Below, piece by piece: positions 55,367 through 64,000 of a stretch of 64,000 nucleotides of DNA. The translations under genes were made by a program, and so were the position numbers. The number at the start of each line of letters is the position of its first letter. Position 1 is the first letter of the stretch. Source of the stretch: Tubiluchus corallicola. Lineage: Eukaryota > Animalia > Priapulida. The notes under the pieces were generated by a model that saw nothing but the letters and a program-made list of their open reading frames with translations, ran no database searches and was not told where the DNA came from. The stretch spans positions 124,001 through 188,000 of the forward strand of contig JAQGDQ010000359.1 in NCBI GenBank assembly GCA_030141605.1. The letters are read 5' to 3'.

Positions 55367-56840
55367 ATGGCCCTGGAAAGGTTCTACAGCTTTTAATTTA
55401 GGCTACTGCCAACTTAGCTTTGCACCCCCCCCCCAATAAAGTGGCAAAAATGGCATTCAAAAATAACACCCACAATGGAACAATCAACATGTTTCGGTCA
55501 TGTTGAGTTAGTTAGTTTACTATAACTCAACATGCAAGTTAAGTTAATTAGTAAATCTTTATACTTTATAGAATATAACATTGCAAACAACATTAATTTT
55601 GTAAAAATCATTTTCTGCCAAAGCCTGTCGTGTTTATTTTAAAGTATGTTCAAGCAAAGTGTGACATGTGACCAAAAATTGACTATACATAGTGACTGGC
55701 AAAGTGATGTCTGACTGCATTAGTCAGTCTGGTGTACGTCTGCCTATCTGGGACATATGGTAGATTTGCCAGACCGGTCAACAATAACATAGCTATAGAA
55801 GTGCTATATTCTGACATCAAGGGGTCAAGCAATATATCACAGCAAAAACTGAATGGGCTGCTGATGAGGCAGGCACAATATTTCTATCAGCATTTGTCTT
55901 CATTGGCTTTATTCGAGGGTGTTGTGTAGAGAATGTTTCTACCAAGTATCTTCTACAGATGGCAAATATGGTGCAGTTTAAAATAAGTCTTATATGACAG
56001 ACGCACAATATCCAAATGTGGTAGAAGCTGTACTTTTGGTTTGCGTTAATTACTTTACTGCAACAGTTAATGTGTTATTGCAGTTTGACCAAAGAATATA
56101 AAAGTTCAAAAATGCACCAAGGCACTTTAAGAGGTTGCATATGTCTTAGTCTCCAAGAAATTCTTTACACTCAGCGTTTAAGTCAATGTAGTGAGCAAAC
56201 AGCTTACGTTAATCTAAGAAGTTTGTCGTAAAATTTAATTAATGTTCATTTACTAACATTTACAGTGATAATTATGTCTGTAGAATCTAGGTCTATTGAA
56301 CAGTTGTCATGGCTTTGTAAAAACACACAATTAAAACAGGTTTAAAAGCTGTAAATAGTTGTTAAATTTAACTTAAACAGTAAATGAACTTCTAGCTTTT
56401 TTGAGGAAATAACTTTTCTGATGATATGGAGATTAACTGGCTCCTAAGCAACTTTGTTCTAACCCCCACTCTATTGTTCGTCATGTTCAGATGTAAAAAA
56501 AATTGATACCGTAGGAAAAAATGTTGCATAGGGAATGGACAGCTAAGGCAATTTGAATGGAAGAAGCAGTTGTAAGTGGCAGAAAACCACGATTTAGGGA
56601 CAAATGAAATTATCATTTCGCTTTTATATGACCTACAATCTTGAATTGCTCACACACTATATCATCTAAAAAACTAGATCAGTTTAGTGCTTGGAAATCC
56701 CTGGTGAAAAACGAGATTGTCATCAGGCTAGTGCACAACACTATAATTACTTAGTAACAATATTGCTCAAGTCTTGGAAACTATTATGTAACTATTATTT
56801 ATTTATCATATCATATTGTAATACAGTCAAATCTCGTTAT
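55367..56840 (-). repeat. Inverted duplication of receptor D intronic DNA (55367-55474 = rc 49270-49377; 55478-56840 = rc 47072-48431)
   Basis: Base-by-base reverse-complement match with only scattered substitutions and one 3-bp indel; the two pieces are joined by atg at 55475-55477. Confidence 0.95.
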
Positions 56841-57065
56841 CGCCTTTCTACGCTTATTTTTCTCCACTTTTTCATGCAGGAACAATTATGTTTTTCTTTC
56901 AAAGTAATTCTATTATGTTTTTCTTATCAATTATATCATATCTACTGTTTGAAGAAACATTTTTACATTATTATATTTCGTTTTAGTAATACCTTAGAGT
57001 TCATTTGGTGTTTGAGAATGGATTATTTGCTTTTACATTATTTCTTTAATTACTTGACTTTTTAG

Positions 57066-59929
57066 GCAAGTCAGTGTGCACAGTAGTGACTCATGGTAAC
57101 TGGAACTGGTTCTATCAGTGGAAGGACAATCGTGTGATGAAGCGAGGTGATGTTTATGATGCTATAAAGAAAGCAATAGGCCACCACATGTGGGAACAGA
57201 CACTGAAAATTTTTCCACAACTAGAAGACAAGGTCTGAAATGCTTTTTTATTGACAGTTAGTGTGGTTATTTAAATACCTCTTGGCCCTCGTAAATGCAC
57301 CTTATCTACTTTTCAGTTTTAATTTTCTTAGTCCTTTGAAAAGGTAGTATTAATTGACTTGTCATATAGAAGTAATGCCTTGTTGGCTGTGTGTCTACTC
57401 TACTTATGTTCTGAAGTTTGTGCCAGCTATGGGCAACATTCCATCATGCTTGGAGTGCAATAAAGTTGCATTTTGCCTAGATCTTTAAGTTTCCGATAAT
57501 AATCATTATCAATGGGTAATCTACTATAAGTGTGTAAACACCATAACGTAATATTTCCCAAAACTCACATTTACCGAACCTGAAACTAACCAAACATTTA
57601 CGCTTTCATCAAAAAGTTTATTTGCTCAGAATTTATTTCTGTTCAATTTCGCCAGGGTACAGTCCTTAAGATAAATGCAGATGGGCAACCATTTAGCAGA
57701 ATTAGTCCAAGAGATTTCTCAATGTAGTGAACACTTTTATTCTTTCTAAAAATGTTATCATCTTTCTCAATCCGATCACAAAAGTTCCTCAAAACATTCT
57801 CAGTAGTTTCCTTACCAATATGAATACACACATTCAATATTATGCCCGATTACATGAAGCAACAAATAAAAATATTTTAGGAAAAGGTGTAGATATAAAA
57901 CTGAACTTTAATGTCAGTGTTGAAATACTGACCCAAAAATTTGGTTTTTATTTTTTATACTTGCAATTTCTTTTTTTCATGCATTTCAAGAGTTTATTCA
58001 TTTCCACACTGCATCTTACAATAATAGTACTAAAATACAGATAATTATACAGTAAAGTAAATACAAATACAAATGCAGTATAGTCCAGATAATACAAGTA
58101 AAAACTTCAGTAGCTAGCACATACAGTTGCAATAGCACATTCACTAGGCTTTCAAATTACAATGCACAATAATTTTGATGAAAAATTATTCATCATTGCC
58201 ATATTCACTTGTCTATATATTTTTGCACATACACGTACATGTCTTACCATGCTTTCTTTCACTATGCTTTCATGAGTTTTGGTAGTACTTTACGTACAGT
58301 ATTTTATATAGGTTGAGTACTTTGACATTGGTTCACCGCTGAGTAATAATTATTATTTGGGATCTATGAAAGGAGAAATCTATGGTGCTGATCAGGATCT
58401 TGCCCGATTTTCTGATCCCGACGTCCTTATGAACTTGAGGCCAGATACAGACATACCGGGTCTGCTTTTGACTGGTAAGTAGCGGCAGCTGCGATATCTC
58501 AAAAAAAACTTTTAAAAATGAACTTGCAAAGTAGGGATTCCCAAACTATTTCAGAAAACTTTTTACCTTGTCCGTTGTGGAAAGGTGGGATGCTGTGACT
58601 GATGCTAAAACATTAGGTACCTATTTGCCCGCTAATGTTGGGCACAACACGTGTGCATGTAAGCTAACTTAATGTACATCTTTGAGTTTGTATATTGTCA
58701 TCTTACTTGCCAGGCCCTGAGAGCGAAGTTGCTTCATAGAAAGGAGATATAACCTTTTCTTTAACGTACTACAAGAGCTAAAGCAGTAAATTGTTATAAT
58801 GCTATTAAACAGTTTAGGTAACTTTCAGCTGCTTCGATATAATTGAGATTTAGGTTACTCTGCTAAATTCATTTTAAAATTCCATGTTGCAATGATTTCG
58901 ACCTAAAATTAGCAGAGCTGAGCATTGTTACGTTGTACACCTGAGGTGCAGCATCTGCACCATTATAGCACATGCTAATGGAAAAATCTTAATATCCATT
59001 CATGCTTTTATAATAATCTTATTTATGTTCAGCAAAATCTTGCTAATTTTGCTGAAATAGCATACAATTTTTTCAAGAAGGAAATCATTATGGTTTAGTG
59101 CAGGGGTGTGCAAATTATCTGACTAGCCGGGCCACATTAAACTTTCCCGCAATTCCTGCGGGTCACAGGCAGTTTGATCAAGGAGCCAAGTACAGAAAGG
59201 CCTAATAATGATTTTTTTTGCATCCGACCTGCGTACATCATTGCTACTACACTCAAGAAACTATTTTAGAAGTTATTAAAATTTATATTACAAACCATAT
59301 ATTTCTACTTTCAGGACAGATAGTGGTAATTTCATTACAATGCATATTAGTAATGTGTATCACACAGTCTGTGTAGTACAGTGACATTAAGCTACAACCG
59401 TCTTATAAGGGTTAATGGCATCCGATCTAGTAGAAAAAACTACCCGCACCATCTTTGGGATCGTAGCACGGACTTCAGCTGGATACACTCAATTAATCGC
59501 CCGGGCTGCACTTTCATTAGGTTGACAAATCTCTTCGCAGGCCGCACAAATTCTCTCGGCGGGCCGCAAGTGGCCCGCGGGTCGCAATTTGCACACCCCT
59601 GGTTTAGTGGTATTTCACTGTAGTTACTTTCCACTTGAATATTGTTGCTTTCCACATGTTAAAATAGCTCCATAATGAGGGGGTTATTACAACTTTTGCA
59701 TATTAGATTAAATTTATCCAGTTATTCGAAAAATTCCTCTGCAGTAACTAACTAGAAGTTGTGATGCATTTCAGGCCAAGATATTACCAGCTGTGGGTTT
59801 GCAGGAGCTCTTTCCGGAGCTGTGCTGTGCGCCTCAAAGGTTCTCAATCGAAACCTGTGGAACGATCTTGCCAAATTCAAAAATGAACTGTACAAAGGGA
59901 AAAGTGCATCTATGAAAAAGACCAAATAA
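57066..59929 (+). CDS. RETSAT: All-trans-retinol 13,14-reductase (retinol saturase)-like, only the three 3' exons (5' part not found in window)
   Basis: Exons 57066-57232 (GKSVCTVVTHGNWNWFYQWKDNRVMKRGDVYDAIK..FPQLEDK), 58312-58474 (VEYFDIGSPLSNNYYLG..GEIYGADQDLARF..LRPDTDIPGLLLT), 59775-59929 (GQDITSCGFAGALSGAVLCASKVLNRNLWNDL..KKTK*), intact frame and splice sites. Not in the supplied ORF track. Confidence 0.88.
59101..59601. mobile_element. hAT (Charlie-like) MITE in the last RETSAT intron
   Basis: TIR CAGGGGTGTGCAAATT ... AATTTGCACACCCCTG; perfect 8-bp TSD GTTTAGTG at 59093-59100 and 59602-59609; GGGCC/GGCCCG subterminal motifs. Confidence 0.92.
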
Positions 59930-60662
59930 ATAGTTAAGCAGTAAACACTATACGAGCACGATAGAATCAGGGCAGCTACACAAAAAAACGTTTGTGATAC
60001 GTTACTGATTTGTTATTTTAAAATTTGCATTATCTAATCATTTCAAAATTTGGTCAGTAAATTGTTGTTACATGTGGTCATATTTTGAAATGCAATTATT
60101 AACATGAAAGTGGGAGTTCATTTTTTTGTATCACGAGTTCGTTAAACCAATGACATTTAGTTCTTTAAATCTTTTTATTTTTAGATTGATGGATAGTGGT
60201 TGATAATTAAATCTTGTACCTACCAATTGTAATTACACGCTTTTTGTAAATTATAAGTTTGCCTTTGCTTACGTTGTTGTTAAAGTGCACTAGTAACAAG
60301 TTTATTAGCCTTTGACTACAAGATGTTGAGTAAACTTTGAAACAGACTTGAAGTTAGTCTACAATTTGGCTTCATAGAGTAATATTGTTGCTGCTGTTGT
60401 AATCTGCGGCATTGTTAAAAATTCATCGTTGAATATTTAAGCAATTTACTTTTATGCTTTCTAAGTTTCTTTATTAAAATGTTACACTATTTTAATTAAA
60501 TAAAACGTAACATTTAAATAAAACATTTTATTTAAGCGTTTTCAGAAAAAAGCAAACAATGCTATGTTAAATGTTAACATGGGAAAGATAAAATTCAGTA
60601 CAGGAAAACAAAAATTCATCTTCACAATTCTAGTTTTTAGTTAAATGTCTAGATATTAATAC

Positions 60663-61130
60663 TTAATAAACATAATTACAAACAATTATCAGCAAACCCA
60701 TGACTTTCTCAGAATGGTGTCATCTCTGATTGTCTCAAATCTACATGTGATTTTATTTAATAAACATAATTACAAACAATTATCAGCAAACCCATGACTT
60801 TCTCAGAATGGTGTCATCTCTGATTGTTTCAAATCTGCATGTGATTTTATTTAATAAACATAATTACAAACAATTATCAGCAAACCCATGACTTTCTCAA
60901 AATGGTATCATCTCTGATTGTCTCAAATCCGCATGTGATTTTATTTAATAAACACAATTACAAACAATTATCAGCAAAGCCATGACTTTCTCAAAATGGT
61001 ATCATCTCTGATTGTCTCAAATCCACATGTGATTTTATTTAATAAACATAATTACAAACAATTATCAGCAAACCCATGACTTTCTCAAAATGGTGTCATC
61101 TCTGATTGTCTCAAATCCGTGTGCGATTTT
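60663..61130. repeat. Tandem repeat, 5 x 94 bp, overlapping the amidase C-terminus and stop codon
   Basis: Unit ttaataaacataattacaaacaattatcagcaaacccatgac... starts at 60663, 60757, 60851, 60945, 61039. Confidence 0.95.
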
Positions 61131-63719
61131 GAAAATGGTGGCTTCGTCAAAGTGTTTTCCAATTATCATGACACCAATGGGGAGATGATCTTCTTTTGAG
61201 AAGCCAGCATTGATGGAGAGAGCTGGATGTCCAGTAAAGTTGAATGGTGTGGTGTTTTTAAGCCCTGCTGTCGTGATTCTTACATACTCTGAAAATCGAA
61301 AGAAACTTAATTACGTTGTAGAACTTTGCAATCATTTTATTGTAAAACGTATACAATGTTCACCTCAATCACAAAATTGAACAAACTGTCATAAAGTTAG
61401 CAATATGATATTTAACAGTAGAAAATTTGCATCCTTTCTCAATGCAGTCTCTAGGTCAACTGAAACTTGCATGCCTGAGAGAATAAAGCTGTAATCACAT
61501 GACCAGACATACAAGTTCCTATTCGAAGGTACATCACATTCATGCATACAGACCATAAATGGAAAGGTCACCTATACTCTACAGACTACTAGTCAAACCA
61601 AAATCAAAGTCTACTTGGCTTCTTTGATAGCAGAATAAAGATTATTGGTTTACAGAAAGCTGTGTTATAATGTTATAATTTTTCTCTATTTAAACTTGAA
61701 TAAGAGAGTTAGAACCAGAATTAAAGCATGAAATTAGCAATCTAATTACTCTGATTAATGAATATCTATAAAAGCAAAAGGAAACAATATTTAGAAACAA
61801 AATCAATCCCTGACAAACTTTGTATAATTAGAGTAAAACAACGACTGTAGATGGCAGCATAGACTAATTCAGTACTTTAGTGTAGTTCACTGACAATTAA
61901 ATGGGTCACATAATACTACAGTCGCGTACTCGGTACAATAAGCGACTGTTTTACTTGCCATTCACTGTACAAATGGAATGCACAATTTTCTAACATGTTT
62001 CTGGCATTGACATTTATTGTAATGTTCTCTGTGTTAAAGATTAATAATTCTTAATAATAAAGAACTGCGTACAGACATTTCACTGTGCACTGATTTAGTT
62101 TTTGAAACTAAATATAAAGATGTTAACAATAGTGATACGTTTTGATAATTATTGCATCAGCAATTATTACTGTAATTATCGTATTCATGTTATTCTAGGA
62201 ATATACTGCCGTATCGAATTTGGTGCTTATTTATAAATCCATTCACTTTGCTTTTTCATTTATGCATTGGAATTAAGCAAAAAAATTTAAAGTCATTTAT
62301 TTGTAAGGTTGTTTGAAAAATTTTGTATTTTCTTCCAGCAATAGCGGCTGTCTTCAGTCAGTATAATAGCACACGAATGCCAAGTGTGGTATTTTTAGAG
62401 ACACTCTCCTAGTTTTGCACAGGCAATGCAGCATACATATAAACAAATGTAGTAATAGATCTATATGCGTAATACATTTATCTGTCGCAGGTCACATATT
62501 ACTAAAGAAAGAAGGAAATTTGTCATTTATACGTTAATCCAGAAATAATCTACAAGAACACGTTGTTGCATTATCCTGACACACCTTGCTAATAACTAAC
62601 TACATGTTCAATATTGAATTTATTGTTCGAAATAATTTATTGTAGCTTAAAAACCAGATTATCAATATCGTATTGTTACGAAAAAGTATTGTACCATTAT
62701 TATTTAGCCAGATTTGTATCATTTAACATCCCTAACAGTGGTGACTAGTGTATAAGTACTGTGGAACTGCAATACCATCTATTTTCACTCCATATTCTCG
62801 ATAATATTCAATATAAGTCTTTTTTCTTTAGTTCTTTCTTTATACTTGTATGGAACCAAAGCACGCGAGGTTAGTACTGTTTGCTTCACAGCCCAGCACA
62901 GTGCGCGCCAGCACAGTTTCTTGTCAGTTATCACATGCTTACTGTGAATAGATCAAGCTCGGACTGCGATAATTTAGGTTATTAGTTAGCAAAAAAGTTT
63001 TTTGTTTAGTATTTTATAAAGTTTATGCATAAGCTTTTGAATGTTTGTTTATTTAAAATTACAATTAAGATTAGAACATTAAAATTACATGTGTTTGATT
63101 CATTTTACACAGTATTTAAACAATGGCTAAAAATTTTCTGCATCAGCACCCCAGTAATTTTAGCTACGAGCTGCCACTGATCCCTAACATTATACACTTC
63201 CTTTTTTATATACAGACAACAAACAGAAATCATAAATTGACAAGGCAACAATGTAAACGATACCTGAGATAGAAACATCTTCAGTTGGTATCTTTGGAGG
63301 CAAGTGATTAATCGTTGGCATGACGATGACTTCATACTTCTCCAGCACTTCATCTTTGTTATCTCATTCATAATGTTCTTTCCCTTGCAGAAGAAGTGAA
63401 GTCCAAACTCTGCACGCACATACGCTGATGCTAACAGCGGAAACTTGGCAGTATGGGACAAGTATCCGGCATTTGTTTTGAATCCTTTGTGAAAAGCACC
63501 GTCCAGTGAAGAGGCGTTATACAACCTAAATCCAACACTAGTTGCTGAAAAGAGAAATTTTTTACTCAAGAGTCTATTAACTAGAGTGTTTATTTATATA
63601 GTTCCTCTGAAATTGGTAAGAGAAATAGGTATAAATTAAAAACTACAAATTTGTACCTTGTAACCTGAACATCGCTTCACCTTCGCCATGCTGTAGTAAA
63701 GACACACAAAGTTCAGCAG
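61065..63719 (-). pseudogene. Amidase-signature family gene, 3' exons, with a frameshift (pseudogene, null allele or sequence error); 5' part beyond window
   Basis: Minus-strand exons 63719-63657, 63544-63264 (..LSHTAKFPLLASAYVRAEFGLHFFCKGKNI.. / DEVLEKYEVIVMPTINHLPPKIP) and 61288-61065 (NTTPFNFTGHPALSINAGFS..LPIGVMIIGKHFDEATIFKIAHGFE). The 281-nt phase1-phase1 exon changes frame near 63352-63358. Confidence 0.8.
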
Positions 63720-64000
63720 CTAAAAAGGAAAGATAAGTACAGAATCAGACTACGGCAAGCAGACCCTACATATCACTACTAAGTTGACAGCAGCAAATAC
63801 ATATAAAAATTTCCTTTTGAGTAGAACACGTCCCATGTGACAGTACGCAAAGCACAGCACGTCTCTGAAGGTTTCTAAATTGGCCATGTGAGCAGTCAAT
63901 ACAAACTGATATTCAGCACCGTAGTTGCGCACATCAATTGGACGCAGTACAAACTTGAGAAAGGATTTCATATCTTTGATTTTCTTTTCAAATCTGTTGC

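Noticed and set aside
47039-57065. Pairs of identical short ORFs (MEIPGEK.., MIISFVPK.., MCVCHIRL.., MYVCLSGT..) as duplicated genes
   Set aside because: They are chance ORFs within the inverted intronic duplication, with no protein-like features.
60663-61130. Regularly spaced repeats as a CRISPR array
   Set aside because: Units are head-to-tail 94-bp copies with no unique spacers, overlap a spliced eukaryotic exon, and no cas genes are present.

Overview
AT-rich, intron-containing animal (probably invertebrate) genomic DNA; no prokaryotic operon, rRNA or CRISPR signal is visible. Gene models were built by hand from GT-AG sites and exon-phase consistency. Left to right: (1) the last five coding exons of TMEM19 (+); (2) a same-strand array of four divergent type-I membrane receptor genes built from SUEL/Gal-lectin-like, CUB and EGF exons: A = SUEL-TM-tail, B = 3xEGF-SUEL-CUB-TM-tail, C = 2xSUEL-TM-tail, D = SUEL-CUB-TM-long Pro-rich tail. 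A-C have tails rich in repeated Tyr motifs; D carries PPxY, PSAP, FDNPTY and a C-terminal PDZ-type motif; (3) a rearranged zone: a truncated Gypsy integrase plus 3' LTR fused to a near-identical inverted copy of gene D intronic DNA that omits two exons, immediately followed by three orphan 3' exons of a RETSAT-like gene; (4) the 3' end of an amidase-signature gene on the minus strand with a frameshift and a 5x94-bp tandem amplification of its stop-codon region. Interspersed are a 5'-truncated RTE LINE, several MITEs, a SINE-like family and a ~140-bp tandem array. The best candidate for an undescribed system is the SUEL/CUB/EGF receptor cluster together with the inverted-repeat/RETSAT junction. 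Family assignments come from motif recognition, not from database searches.
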